Both the position numbers and the translations under genes were made by a program. The notes under the pieces were generated by a model that searched no databases, was not told where the DNA came from, and was given only the letters and a program-made list of their open reading frames with translations. Positions 8,601 to 17,939 of a DNA stretch of 64,000 bases are shown here, one piece after another. The stretch is from Candidatus Binatia bacterium (lineage in GTDB: Bacteria; Desulfobacterota; Binatia; Bin18), in NCBI GenBank assembly GCA_022824615.1, contig JAJDZM010000093.1:654-64653 (forward strand), given 5' to 3'. Numbering within the stretch: the first letter of the stretch is position 1; every line of letters starts with the position of its first letter.

Positions 8601-9331
8601 GGAGTGACACGACTGGCGTTTGTGGAGACAGCAATAACGGCTTTACGCTTCTCTTCAATTGGAATCTGCTCGGCAATGGAACGCATACTGTACGCGCCCT
8701 GGCCGATGGTCAGGAATTTGGCCGGGCCACGTTTACCGTGACCACGCTGGGGGAAGAATTCCTGCGAGGGGCCGCTGGAGCTTACACGTTGCGCGATTTT
8801 CCAAGCGATGGTCAGACGGCTCGCATTGAATGGCAACAGACTTTGCAGAATTTCGTGATTACGCCGGGCAGCGGAGCGAGGCCGCCAAGAGCCGCCGCTC
8901 CGCAGGCGACGCCCGGTTTGGTCGGTGCCTTGGAAAACCCGAGCAATGCGTCGTTCCAGAGCGGTATCGGCTTATTTTCCGGTTGGGTGTGTGACGCTCA
9001 GCGGGTGGAGATTGAAATTAACGGGATGCGATTGCAGGCTGGATATGGGACCATTCGGAGCGATACGGCGGGGGTCTGTGGTGATACGAATAACGGCTTT
9101 GGCCTGCTGTTCAACTGGAATCTGCTGGGCAACGGCGTGCATACGGTGCGCGCCTTAGCCAATGGCCGGGAGTTCGGCCGGGCCACGTTTACCGTGACCA
9201 CGCTGGGGACAGAGTTCCTGAGGGGAGTCAGTGGAGCCTATAGGCTACCGGATTTCCCGCGACAAGGAAGAAATGTCCTTGTTGACTGGCAACAGGCTTC
9301 GCAGAACTTTGTGATTACCGGAGTAGAGTAG
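5603..9331 (+). CDS. secreted multi-domain M4 (thermolysin-family) zinc metallopeptidase: propeptide + catalytic + beta-propeller-like + 2 tandem C-terminal domains
   Basis: HEXXH (VVGHELTHSV) and the third zinc ligand motif NEAFSDIFGE. N-terminal signal peptide plus FTP/PepSY propeptide. Central TolB/WD40-like segment. Two approx 135-aa near-identical C-terminal repeats. Start at ATG 5603 (MPDWSKHFW...). Confidence 0.85.
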   Translation: MPDWSKHFWQRQGKATQWLCGGIVLLTTLLVSQNLADGNSPAFHFHPLSPPNAIAPTSESSAETDPDPRATELARRLRQHLGLQTATQRTATQPTPGQSNALSRLRARLQEAVSVRLRPAVGTPLQIKGKAMERAQSGFFSSFFSGKETHEATARTFLQTNRALLRLDDPQAELTLTRQQTDDLSQTHLRFDQTYKGLLVWPAELIVHLDPNGHVDLLNGAFVPTPKKLDTVPVIDEVTAIEYARTALTDGDKAEVSASELIIYAPGDTPPRLAWKLELDIDLTSHWLVVIDAINGDELTAYSQIMHQHVSGSGTDLFGITRPLNVWQQDGFFWMFDTSKSMFDPNADPRERGVIWIYDAQNQPPTSDPEIVADLIPPAPVVNSRSSTSGWLPDAVSASYNLSQAYDYYRERHSRDSYNGEGASIHAMVRLGQNFRNAFYNPGLNLIAFGDGLPYAGALDVVGHELTHSVIQYSADLVYRNQPGALNEAFSDIFGEMIEARTTGRPDWIMGQVLGDRRFMRNMANPAAFTFSAGRPYPTRMSEFVELPLDQDNGGVHINSSIINRAYYLLAAGLDGAIGLRDAERIFYRALTVYLTRNSQFIDARLACIQAAEDIFRTESTQTRKTAEAFDAVEIGAVPPTPDLPDIPTVQGPDASLFIYRDQSGQFRLGRLEDARGDEAHGIQLANAVVAAARPSVSRNGELAVFVNAQNDLCLIGTDGSGEWCAGFPGLVASVAMSPDSRFYGFVFRDAQGNADNRITVLDVETGRDRTFTLTAPSYDGPATDTILRVDAMDFTNDGQWVIYDALNAINFADGSQLRQWSLYALHLATGTNLPLIRPIPGLNIAYPSLSQTSDNFLTFDVFDEARNQSTVYTANLNTGNVATITTVAGSYGVPGYTGDDAALVFSKDDTSVPTGFSLVRQPLAADRITPQGQASVWLRDADFGVIYRRSGLTGVLENPSSGAFQSGIGLFSGWVCDALRVEIEINGTTRLNAAYRTIRSDTTGVCGDSNNGFTLLFNWNLLGNGTHTVRALADGQEFGRATFTVTTLGEEFLRGAAGAYTLRDFPSDGQTARIEWQQTLQNFVITPGSGARPPRAAAPQATPGLVGALENPSNASFQSGIGLFSGWVCDAQRVEIEINGMRLQAGYGTIRSDTAGVCGDTNNGFGLLFNWNLLGNGVHTVRALANGREFGRATFTVTTLGTEFLRGVSGAYRLPDFPRQGRNVLVDWQQASQNFVITGVE
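8455..9328 (+). repeat. intragenic tandem duplication: two approx 415-bp units encoding near-identical approx 135-aa domains (8455-8874 and 8914-9328)
   Basis: LENPS.A.FQSGIGLFSGWVCDA.RVEIEING...GRATFTVTTLG.EFLRG..GAY.L.DFP...W.Q..QNFVIT occurs twice. Antisense track ORFs 8443-8676 and 8998-9201 are also mutually similar, which confirms DNA-level repetition. Confidence 0.85.
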
Positions 9332-9554
9332 GGGGCAATGTTGACGGGTCCCGGCTAAAATAGCCGCCACCCGCTCTTCCGTCCGGTCGGAAGACTGTTT
9401 GACCTCCAACACTATCTGTCCCAGGTCGCGTCATATGGCCTGGGATCCCTTGGCGGTCAGAGTCCCACTTGGCCAGCGTCATCCAGCGCGGCACAGCCTG
9501 ACGATACCCGAATCCCATAACACCGAGGGCCAACGCAGGGAGCATGGTTTGTGC

Positions 9555-10601
9555 TCAGCCATGCCGTCCTCCCCTGAGCAGCAACTCCTTGGCCCGGCCA
9601 AAAAGCGTCTTGACCGACGGGGCGATCAGGTCCCATTCGGGATCGTGGCGCTTGCCGCGACGGTGCAGCATCACGTTAAAGCAACTGATCGCGCCAAAGC
9701 GATAGCCGGCCAAGGCACGATACCAATTGATATCGGGAACTTTGCGTTGCATGCCTTCTTCGTACAGCGCCACGAGTTCGTCAATCGGCGGGATGGTTGA
9801 TATTGGATGGCGTTCGGCATCCCAGCTTTCCGGGTCAATAAAGACCAGCAGCCAGCCGAGATCGAGCAGATGCCCGCTGATACCGGAAATCTCCCAATCC
9901 AGGAGGGCCACCAGTTGCTCGCCCGCGGATTGTTGGTCAAACAGCAGATTGGTCCCCTGATAGTCGCCGTGAAAGAGGCCGACCGGAGGGTCTGTGGGCT
10001 GGTGGGCCAGCAGGAGAGTACGCACCTCTTCGCCCCAGGTGATCCATTCCGGCTCTGCGGCTTTGGCTAAAATGGGGTCCCAGAAGCGGATTTCCTGTTC
10101 GAGTGAGCGGGGCGTTTCCCAGCCGGCCAGTTCGGTCTTCCAATCGAGTTGGTGGACCTGGATTAAAGCCTGCACCCCCTGCCGGTAGAGATGCGCGACG
10201 GCCTCGGCGTCCCGGCTAAACGACGCGTCGGGTTCCCAGACGTGGAAGGTGCGACCGGGCAGGCGTTCGACCATCAGGTACGGCACCTCGAACCAGCGCA
10301 GGTCGTCTCCGGCCCAACGCACCTCAGGGACAGGCACTCCGTTCTTCTTGAGCGCGCGCAGTAAAGGTGCTTGGCGCAGGACATCGGTATTCCCACTTTG
10401 GCGAACGCCTTTGGGCGGCAGGCGCATGACCAGAGATTCGTTTTCAGCTTGGCCGTCTTTTTCATAGGTCACGGTAAAGCCAAAACTTAGCCCGGCATGA
10501 CCAGGCATGGCCTCGACCTGGTGGACGGTCGCGTCTTGGCCATAATGGCTCAGACAGAACGCTTGTAATTGTTGTGTGAGGACAGGAATCTCAACGGCCA
10601 T
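9555..10601 (-). CDS. phosphotransferase enzyme family protein (APH-like kinase), paralogue of 3123-4172
   Basis: HGDYQGTNLLF catalytic loop, LDWEISGISGHLLDLGW. Start moved to ATG 10601 (MAVEIPVLTQ) preceded by AAGGAG RBS. Confidence 0.8.
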   Translation of the reverse strand: MAVEIPVLTQQLQAFCLSHYGQDATVHQVEAMPGHAGLSFGFTVTYEKDGQAENESLVMRLPPKGVRQSGNTDVLRQAPLLRALKKNGVPVPEVRWAGDDLRWFEVPYLMVERLPGRTFHVWEPDASFSRDAEAVAHLYRQGVQALIQVHQLDWKTELAGWETPRSLEQEIRFWDPILAKAAEPEWITWGEEVRTLLLAHQPTDPPVGLFHGDYQGTNLLFDQQSAGEQLVALLDWEISGISGHLLDLGWLLVFIDPESWDAERHPISTIPPIDELVALYEEGMQRKVPDINWYRALAGYRFGAISCFNVMLHRRGKRHDPEWDLIAPSVKTLFGRAKELLLRGGRHG

Positions 10602-10670
10602 ACGGTTCTCCTTGGTGAGTGGGCTGAGAGGAAGTTTACAAGGGATGGGAGTGAGTGAATAGTGGTGACT

Positions 10671-12281
10671 ATGCACTATGAGCTGACCGCTGAGGACCGT
10701 GCAGAGCTCCAGGCCCGCGGGATGTTACCCGAGACGGTTGCGACCCATATTCGGCAGTTTCAGCAGGGTTTCCCTCCCACTCAGTTGGAGCGACCGGGTA
10801 CGCTCGGTGATGGGATTGCCCGCATACCAGCAGAGACAGATCGACTCGCCCAGTTGCATGCCGAGGCTGCCGCAGCAGGACGCCTGATCAAATTTGTTCC
10901 TGCCTCGGGTGCGGCTAGTCGGATGTTTCAACTCCTGCTCTCTTTTGCCCAGCAGCCGGAGTTGCTCTCGAATCAGGTGCTGGCCAGGAAAGCGGCCGAG
11001 GGCGATGCCGACTGTCAGGCGTTTCATCGCTTTCTCGGTCAGCTTGACCACTTTGCTTTTGCCCAGGAACTGCGGACAGTCTTACACAGGGACGGCCACA
11101 CACTGGAGGGACTCCTGAGTCAGGGGCAATATCACACGCTCCTCACCTACCTCCTCACTCCAGCAGGATTGAACTATGCCAACCTGCCCAAAGGACTCGT
11201 GCCATTTCACACCTACGGAGACCATAGCCGGACCGCTTTTGAGGAACATCTGGTTGAAGCGCTGGAGTATGTCCGAGATGCCTCCTCCGTTGCGCGGCTG
11301 CACTTCACGGTTCCCGCACCCCACCGGCAGGTTATTCAGACGTATCTTGACGGCGTGCGCCACCGCTACGCTCAGCGGGGCGCTCAACTCGATATTTCGT
11401 ACTCTATTCAGAAGCCCGCGACAGACACCATCGCCGTGGACTCAGACAACGTCCCGATCAGGGATAGTAGCGGTGTCCTTACTTTTCGTCCCGGCGGGCA
11501 CGGCGCTCTACTGGAAAACCTGGCCGACCTTCAAGGGGATATCGTTTTTATTAAGAACATCGACAATGTCCTGCCCGACCGACTCAAGCCCGATACCTAC
11601 CGGTATAAAAAGCTCCTGTGCGGCTATCTTCTCCACCTCCAGCAACAGGCGTTTTTTCATATCGCACAACTCAAAGCCCCCCTCCCCAGTGAGTCGCCCG
11701 CCACGCGTATCGCTATTGATGCCGCTCGTTGCTTTGCTCAGGACCAATTGTCGCTTGTCCTGCCTCAAGACTTTGAGCGCACCGCAATGCTGCGCCAGTG
11801 TGATTTTCTCATTGCTCAACTCGATCGGCCGTTGCGCGTGTGTGGAGTGGTGAAAAATACCGGAGAGCCGGGTGGGGGGCCTTTCTGGGTCAGACAGGCC
11901 AACGGCGCCACCTCGCTCCAAATCGTCGAGGCTTCCCAGATCGATATGACAAACGCAGAGCAACGAGATCGCTGGCAGGCGGCCACCCACTTCAATCCGG
12001 TTGATCTCGTCTGTGGTGTGCGAGACTATCGCGGACGCCCCTTTCCGTTAACTCAGTTCGTCGACCCCGCGACCGGATTTATCTCCGAGAAATCAAAAGA
12101 CGGACGTTCCCTGCGGGCCCTGGAATTACCGGGGCTGTGGAACGGTGCGATGGCGCACTGGAATACGGTCTTTGTGGAAGTGCCGGGCAGTACATTCCAC
12201 CCCGTCAAGACGGTGATGGACCTTTTGCGACCTGAGCACCAGCCCTCCCCTGTTCCCCCATTGACAACCCGCCTCGATTGA
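10671..12281 (+). CDS. DUF4301-family conserved hypothetical protein
   Basis: N-terminal block ...GMLPETVATHIRQFQQGFPPTQLERPGTLGDGI... KFVPASGAASRMF recalls DUF4301 proteins. Assignment is from memory of the family signature. Confidence 0.55.
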   Translation: MHYELTAEDRAELQARGMLPETVATHIRQFQQGFPPTQLERPGTLGDGIARIPAETDRLAQLHAEAAAAGRLIKFVPASGAASRMFQLLLSFAQQPELLSNQVLARKAAEGDADCQAFHRFLGQLDHFAFAQELRTVLHRDGHTLEGLLSQGQYHTLLTYLLTPAGLNYANLPKGLVPFHTYGDHSRTAFEEHLVEALEYVRDASSVARLHFTVPAPHRQVIQTYLDGVRHRYAQRGAQLDISYSIQKPATDTIAVDSDNVPIRDSSGVLTFRPGGHGALLENLADLQGDIVFIKNIDNVLPDRLKPDTYRYKKLLCGYLLHLQQQAFFHIAQLKAPLPSESPATRIAIDAARCFAQDQLSLVLPQDFERTAMLRQCDFLIAQLDRPLRVCGVVKNTGEPGGGPFWVRQANGATSLQIVEASQIDMTNAEQRDRWQAATHFNPVDLVCGVRDYRGRPFPLTQFVDPATGFISEKSKDGRSLRALELPGLWNGAMAHWNTVFVEVPGSTFHPVKTVMDLLRPEHQPSPVPPLTTRLD

Positions 12282-12427
12282 GACTTTGTATAGCGCCAGA
12301 TTTTCTGGTCGGCTCCGATTCCACATGGTATGGGGCAATATTTACGCGTAATTAAGATGGAAGGGTTTTCGCGGCGGAACCGCAGACGCTCGTCACACAG
12401 GACGGGGCGGTCATAAGGACAGACACC

Positions 12428-13792
12428 ATGAGTGATGCGCCTGCCAGGCTGGAAGAATACGCACCAGAATCAATCCTGACGATTGACGAATACGAGCCCT
12501 ATATCGGCCAGGAAGGGGTCGATGCGCTCAAGCAGCTTGCCGCTCCCGTTGAAGGGAAAGGCTGGGCAAATATCAACTCGACCTTTGTGGGCGGTGGGGT
12601 GGCGGAGATGCTGCGGAGTGTGATTCCGCTTGCCCGCTCACTCGGTGTTCACGCCCGCTGGTTTACCATCCAGGGCCATGAGGCGTTTTTTCATGTCACC
12701 AAGAAGTTTCACAACACGCTCCAGGGCGTAGACCAGCCGATTTCTCTTCAGGAACTGTTTGAAACCTATTTGGATAATCTGGCCGCCCACGCTCAAAATG
12801 CCGCAATAGAATCTGATCTGATTGTTGTCCACGATCCCCAACCTGCGGCGCTGATTATGAGTGGCCTGCTCATGGGCAATGTGCTGTGGCGGTGCCATAT
12901 TGACACGTCAACGCCGAACCCGACGGTGTGGCGTTTCCTGGCCCCCTACCTCAACCAGTATGCGGGTGCGATTTTTACCATGCCCGAGTTTGTCGGACCG
13001 GGATTACAGATTCCCCAATACCAGATTACGCCGTGCATAGACCCGCGGGTGGAAAAAAATCAGCAGTATACCGAAACCCGTGCCAAAGAGGTGCTCGCCC
13101 CACTGTTCCGGCAGCATGTGATCGACCCCGACCGTCCGATTCTCGCTGCCATTTCACGCTATGATATCCATAAAAATCAGGCGTCTATCCTGAGTGCTTT
13201 CAAACGCCTGCGTCAGCACAAGACCTATGACCCGATGCCCTATCTCATCTTTCTGGGCAACACCGCAACCGATGACCCGGAGGGTGAGGCCATGCTGGAG
13301 CAACTGCAAGCGCAAGCCGGCGCTGACCCTGATATCCGTTTCTGGGTCAATGTTGAAAACAACGATCAGGTCGTCGGTTCGCTGATGCGTCTGGCCCGGG
13401 GCTTCGTCCATATCTCAACCCGCGAAGGCTTTGGCCTGGTCGTGTCCGAGGCGTTGTGGCAGGGAACCCCGGTTATTGGCTCGCGTGTCGGGGGGATTGT
13501 GCAACAAGTCATTGACGGGCAGACGGGTTATCTGGTTGAACCCATGGACGTTGAGGCAATTGCAACGAAAATGGCCCGGATTCTTGATGAGCCAGAGCAA
13601 ACGGCACGACTCGGCCGGCAGGCTCAGGAACATGTGCGTCAAAATTTTCTGCTACCGGAATTGGTTCGGCGCTATCTGATCCTGCTCCGCTATTACACCG
13701 GAGTTGACCGAGACCACCCGACGTTTCGCCTGAACCCAACCAGCTATCACGAGGTGCTGGCCAGCCTTCTACCAATACCCGCCGACTTGTGA
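12428..13792 (+). CDS. GT4-family glycosyltransferase (trehalose-synthase/TreT-like architecture)
   Basis: C-terminal GT4 core (ISTREGFGLVVSEALWQGTPVIGSRVGGI, E-x7-E). Long N-terminal domain as in TreT / glucosyl-glycerate-synthase-like enzymes. Confidence 0.75.
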   Translation: MSDAPARLEEYAPESILTIDEYEPYIGQEGVDALKQLAAPVEGKGWANINSTFVGGGVAEMLRSVIPLARSLGVHARWFTIQGHEAFFHVTKKFHNTLQGVDQPISLQELFETYLDNLAAHAQNAAIESDLIVVHDPQPAALIMSGLLMGNVLWRCHIDTSTPNPTVWRFLAPYLNQYAGAIFTMPEFVGPGLQIPQYQITPCIDPRVEKNQQYTETRAKEVLAPLFRQHVIDPDRPILAAISRYDIHKNQASILSAFKRLRQHKTYDPMPYLIFLGNTATDDPEGEAMLEQLQAQAGADPDIRFWVNVENNDQVVGSLMRLARGFVHISTREGFGLVVSEALWQGTPVIGSRVGGIVQQVIDGQTGYLVEPMDVEAIATKMARILDEPEQTARLGRQAQEHVRQNFLLPELVRRYLILLRYYTGVDRDHPTFRLNPTSYHEVLASLLPIPADL

Positions 13793-13905
13793 GTCCGTTG
13801 AGTCTATGGAGTCTCTTGGGTCCTTTGAGTCCTTGACTCAACAGACGCTATAGACCCAACAGACCCCATTGACCCTATTGACTCAATAGACTCCATAGAC
13901 ATAGG
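13791..13905. repeat. palindromic array of 9-bp units (5 x GRGTCYNTK forward, then about 7 units in reverse orientation ...NAGAC(C/T)C...) filling the GT4-rfbB intergenic region
   Basis: GAGTCCGTT GAGTCTATG GAGTCTCTT GGGTCCTTT GAGTCCTTG | ACTCAACAG ACGCTATAG ACCCAACAG ACCCCATTG ACCCTATTG ACTCAATAG ACTCCATAG AC. Same unit family as the array at 54215. Confidence 0.85.
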
Positions 13906-13916
13906 CATGAGCACGT

Positions 13917-15017
13917 ATGGAGACCATGTTGATCACTGGCGGGGCAGGGTTTATCGGGAGCAATCTGGTTCGCCTCGCCCTGGCCGAAACAACGGCCTCT
14001 GTCATCATCGTTGATAAGTTGACGTATGCCGGCAGTCTGAACAATCTTGAAGACGTCCTCCACAATCCGCGTGTGACCTTTTCCCGGACCGATATCACCG
14101 AGCAGACGGCGGTGGCGGAATTATTCCGGACGTATCGGCCTCAGGCCGTGGTGAACTGCGCCGCGGAGACCCATGTGGACCGTTCCATTGACAATCCCTG
14201 GCCGTTTGTTGAAACGAATCTGCTTGGAACATTTTATTTGCTGGAGGAGGCCCGAAAATATGCGGCTTCCCCGTCCGTCCAGGGACAGTTCCGCTTTTTG
14301 CACGTCTCGACAGACGAAGTATACGGCAGCCTTGGGCCGCTGGGCCGCTTTTCCGAATCCAGCCCATACGCGCCGAATTCGCCGTATTCCGCCTCAAAGG
14401 CGAGCGCCGATCATTTTGCCCGCGCCTATTACGAGACGTATGGTCTGCACACGCTGATCACGAGTTGTTCCAATAATTATGGCCCCTATCAGTTTCCGGA
14501 AAAACTCATCCCGCTGATGATTCTGAACGCCCTTGAGGGCAAATCCCTTCCAATCTACGGCGATGGACAACACGTCCGTGACTGGCTGTACGTTGAAGAC
14601 CACTGTCGGGGCATCTTGCTTGTTTTGCGGCAGGGCAAGAGTGGCGAACAATATCATATCGGGGGGGGAAATGAGCGGACCAATCGTGCGGTTGTGGAGC
14701 AGGTCTGTACCATTCTTGAGGCACTGCTACCGGCCTCAAAAAATGCGGCTCTTAAGCAGCGAGGCATTCCAGCCTACTCCGAGCTGATGACCTTTGTGAC
14801 CGATCGTCCCGGCCATGATCGACGCTATGCCATCGACGCCACAAAAATCAGAACCCAGCTCGGTTGGCGGCCACGCTACACGTTCGAGCGTGGCCTGGCA
14901 CAGACGATCCGTTGGTATGTGGACAATCGGCGGTGGTGTGAAGCTATTGAGGCGGACAGGTATAACCGCGAGCGTCTGGGGTTAGGTGCTGCGCCTCTGA
15001 CAAAGGATAGATCATGA
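13917..15017 (+). CDS. rfbB: dTDP-glucose 4,6-dehydratase
   Basis: TGGAGFIGS Rossmann motif, YSASKA catalytic motif, full-length similarity to RfbB. Confidence 0.9.
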   Translation: METMLITGGAGFIGSNLVRLALAETTASVIIVDKLTYAGSLNNLEDVLHNPRVTFSRTDITEQTAVAELFRTYRPQAVVNCAAETHVDRSIDNPWPFVETNLLGTFYLLEEARKYAASPSVQGQFRFLHVSTDEVYGSLGPLGRFSESSPYAPNSPYSASKASADHFARAYYETYGLHTLITSCSNNYGPYQFPEKLIPLMILNALEGKSLPIYGDGQHVRDWLYVEDHCRGILLVLRQGKSGEQYHIGGGNERTNRAVVEQVCTILEALLPASKNAALKQRGIPAYSELMTFVTDRPGHDRRYAIDATKIRTQLGWRPRYTFERGLAQTIRWYVDNRRWCEAIEADRYNRERLGLGAAPLTKDRS

Positions 15018-15889
15018 AAGGCATTATCCTCGCCGGTGGCTCCGGGACACGGCTGTATCCCATTACCCGGGCAGTCAGCAAGCAGCTCATGCCCATCTAC
15101 GACAAGCCGATGATCTATTACCCGCTCTCTACGCTGATGCTGGCGGGGATTCGTCAGGTTCTGGTCATTACCACCCCGCATGAGCAGAAGGGCTTCCAGC
15201 GTCTCCTGAAAGACGGTCGGTGGCTTGGTATGGATATTAGCTATGCGACGCAACCTCGTCCCGAGGGCATTGCTCAGGCCTTTCTGATTGGCCGTGATTT
15301 CATCGGCGGTGACGCGGTTGCGCTTGTTCTCGGGGATAACATCTTCTATGGCCACGGCTTTCCGGACTCGCTGCGTGTCGCGACCCAGCAGACGAGTGGG
15401 GCGACCATTTTTGCCTATCAAGTCCGCAACCCTGAACAGTACGGGGTCGTGGAATTCGACACTCAAGGACGGGCCATCGGTCTTGAAGAGAAACCGGCCA
15501 AACCGCGCTCAAGCTACGCGGTCACCGGTCTCTATTTCTATGACAATCAGATTGTCTCTATTGCCGCAGACCTCAGGCCCTCACACCGGGGCGAATTGGA
15601 AATTACGGATGTGAATCGGGCCTATCTCCGCCTGGGAGGTCTGCATGTGGAAAAACTTGGTCGAGGCATCGCCTGGTTGGATACCGGAACCCATGAATCA
15701 CTGCTTCACGCCTCGAATTTTATTCAGGCCCTGCAAGACCGGCAGGGCCTGATGGTCGCCTGTGTCGAAGAAATTGCCTACACCATGGGGTATATTTCTG
15801 AAACGGAAGTGCTCCAGCAGGCTAAGAGCATGAAGGGCAATGCCTACGGCCAATATCTGCTCCGTTTGATTCAGCATGAATCCTCATGA
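15014..15889 (+). CDS. rfbA: glucose-1-phosphate thymidylyltransferase
   Basis: [18 protein letters not shown]...[18 protein letters not shown] canonical RfbA N-terminus. Overlaps rfbB stop by 4 nt (operon). Confidence 0.9.
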   Translation: MKGIILAGGSGTRLYPITRAVSKQLMPIYDKPMIYYPLSTLMLAGIRQVLVITTPHEQKGFQRLLKDGRWLGMDISYATQPRPEGIAQAFLIGRDFIGGDAVALVLGDNIFYGHGFPDSLRVATQQTSGATIFAYQVRNPEQYGVVEFDTQGRAIGLEEKPAKPRSSYAVTGLYFYDNQIVSIAADLRPSHRGELEITDVNRAYLRLGGLHVEKLGRGIAWLDTGTHESLLHASNFIQALQDRQGLMVACVEEIAYTMGYISETEVLQQAKSMKGNAYGQYLLRLIQHESS

Positions 15890-16470
15890 AGAGAGCAGAC
15901 ATGCACTTTCTCCCGACCAGACTCCCAGGTGTGACGGTGGTTGAACCGGACGTGTACCACGATGCCCGCGGCTTCTTCCTCGAAACCTACCACGCCCGTA
16001 CCTATAGAGAGGGAGGGATCAAGGCGACTTTTGTTCAGGATAACCATTCTCAATCATCGTGCGGCACGCTCCGCGGGCTCCACGCCCAGATGCAGCATCC
16101 TCAAGGAAAGCTGATACGAGCCTTGGAGGGTGAAATTTTTGACGTGGCGGTGGATATTCGACGAGGCTCAGCAACCTTTGCCCAATGGACAAGCGTTATC
16201 CTTTCGGCAAAAAATTTTCGTCAGCTCTATATTCCACCCGGTTTTGCCCACGGCTTTGCTGTCCTGAGTGAACGCGCTCAAATTGTCTATAAGTGTACGG
16301 ATTTTTACGACCCGAATGATAAAATTTGCTTGGCCTGGAATGATCCAGACATTGGCATTGAGTGGCCGCTGAAGACGCCGCTGCTCTCAGCAAAGGACTC
16401 GTCCGCGCCACTCCTTCGGGACATTGAGGCATCCTTACCCCTCTTTCAGCCAGAGCCAGAAACGGACTGA
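15886..16470 (+). CDS. rfbC: dTDP-4-dehydrorhamnose 3,5-epimerase
   Basis: RGLHAQ motif, cupin fold signature. Translationally coupled to rfbA. Confidence 0.9.
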   Translation: MKRADMHFLPTRLPGVTVVEPDVYHDARGFFLETYHARTYREGGIKATFVQDNHSQSSCGTLRGLHAQMQHPQGKLIRALEGEIFDVAVDIRRGSATFAQWTSVILSAKNFRQLYIPPGFAHGFAVLSERAQIVYKCTDFYDPNDKICLAWNDPDIGIEWPLKTPLLSAKDSSAPLLRDIEASLPLFQPEPETD

Positions 16471-16577
16471 AACAGCACGGACGAGAGCAGGGGCATGTGC
16501 TCCACTTCCCTTCCCTCCAAACGGACGAAACAAAGGGAGGCAACTTATCGCTGGTCTCTCTATCGGAAGCATGTGCC

Positions 16578-17390
16578 ATGGGATATTTCGACGCCTGCCT
16601 GCTTGCTGTCCTGCAAGGCTTAACTGAGTTTCTGCCTGTTTCTTCTTCCGGCCATCTCGTCCTTGTCCAATACTTCTTTGGCGGTTCAGGAGAAATTGAT
16701 CTTCTGTATAATGTCGCCCTTCATGTTGCGACCGCGGGCGCGCTCCTGACCTATTTCCGTCACGACATTTACGGACTGTGTACCGGCCTCTTCCGCGCTG
16801 CCCCCCCTTCGCCGAGCGTTTTCTCCGGGCGCGAAAGACAAACCGTTGTCTATATCGTTCTGGCCTTGATACCGACTGCCCTCCTCGGGCTGTGTATCGA
16901 TACCTTTTTCATTTCCTTTTTTATCCGTCCTGATGTCGTCGGTTGTATGCTCCTCCTGACAGGTTGCTTTCTCTGGTGGGGAAAGGGCCAAGAGGTCCAC
17001 AACTCAACAACGCAAATGCGCGCACGCCACGCGCTCGTCATCGGTATCCTGCAGGGCTTCGCCGTTATCCCAGGCATATCTCGTTCTGGAGCGACGATTA
17101 CGGGGGGCATTCTCCTTGGCCTCAAGCGGGAACTGGCGGCGCGCTTCTCTTTGCTTATATCCATCCCGGCTATTCTTGGGGCAACCCTGCTGGAAGTGGC
17201 GAAGCTGGAGGAACAGGCTCTCCCGCCACTCGGTCCCTACGTTGCAGGTATGGTTGTTGCCGGCAGCGTCGGCTATGCGGCGATTGCCCTCATCCTCCAC
17301 CTCGTCCAACAAGAGCGGTTTCACCTGTTTGCGTGGTATGTATGGCCCCTCGGTGGTCTGGTGAGTATCGGCTACCACCTGCTGGGATAA
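16578..17390 (+). CDS. uppP: undecaprenyl-diphosphatase
   Basis: LQGLTEFLPVSSSGHL signature of UppP/BacA. Multiple TM segments. Start at ATG 16578 (MGYFDA...). Confidence 0.85.
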   Translation: MGYFDACLLAVLQGLTEFLPVSSSGHLVLVQYFFGGSGEIDLLYNVALHVATAGALLTYFRHDIYGLCTGLFRAAPPSPSVFSGRERQTVVYIVLALIPTALLGLCIDTFFISFFIRPDVVGCMLLLTGCFLWWGKGQEVHNSTTQMRARHALVIGILQGFAVIPGISRSGATITGGILLGLKRELAARFSLLISIPAILGATLLEVAKLEEQALPPLGPYVAGMVVAGSVGYAAIALILHLVQQERFHLFAWYVWPLGGLVSIGYHLLG

Positions 17391-17450
17391 CCGTTGTCAA
17401 GTGAGGTAGCTCACGGATTGCCAGAAGCGTCGCGTCTGGAGGGAGCGAGG

Positions 17451-17939
17451 TTATTCTTCCGTCTTGATGATGGTGGGGGGGAGAGTGTCCGCCGCTGCAC
17501 CAATACGAATGATGAGTGTCCCGCCTTGGTGTTTGCGCCCACCGACAAAAAGCATGCCGCGATTCGGAATTGATAGCAGCGTGCTCATCAGCGGAGAAGG
17601 AGAGGCGCCTTCCATCAGCATCACGTGAAGCGCAATCTGTTCATTCACATACTCTTTTGGAACGACCTGGAGAAATCGTCCACCGGGCAAAGAGAAGTTG
17701 ACCTGTTTGCCAAACTCGACTTTGCGACGCTCCTCCTGAACCAGGCGATAGGCAGAATAGCGGAAGGCCAAAAGTTGAGAACGCATCCCGGTCAGACGAT
17801 TATCAAATTCCTGTGAGGCGTCGGTTGCCAGAACGGTCTCAACACGAATATGAACCATATCCCCCAAGGCAACTGAGGTGATGCAAAGGAAAAACACGAG
17901 GGTGGCTGACACAGAAAAAGACAGGTAGCGCATATTCAT
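17451..17939 (-). CDS. secreted hypothetical protein, third gene of the ECF sigma / anti-sigma operon
   Basis: Signal peptide MNMRYLSFSVSATLVFFLCITSVALG. Overlaps the anti-sigma stop by 4 nt. No family recognised. Confidence 0.5.
   Translation of the reverse strand: MNMRYLSFSVSATLVFFLCITSVALGDMVHIRVETVLATDASQEFDNRLTGMRSQLLAFRYSAYRLVQEERRKVEFGKQVNFSLPGGRFLQVVPKEYVNEQIALHVMLMEGASPSPLMSTLLSIPNRGMLFVGGRKHQGGTLIIRIGAAADTLPPTIIKTEE

Noticed and set aside
13791-13905. Possible CRISPR array (also 54215-54304)
   Set aside because: Repeat unit is 9 bp with no unique spacers and no cas genes, so it is not CRISPR.
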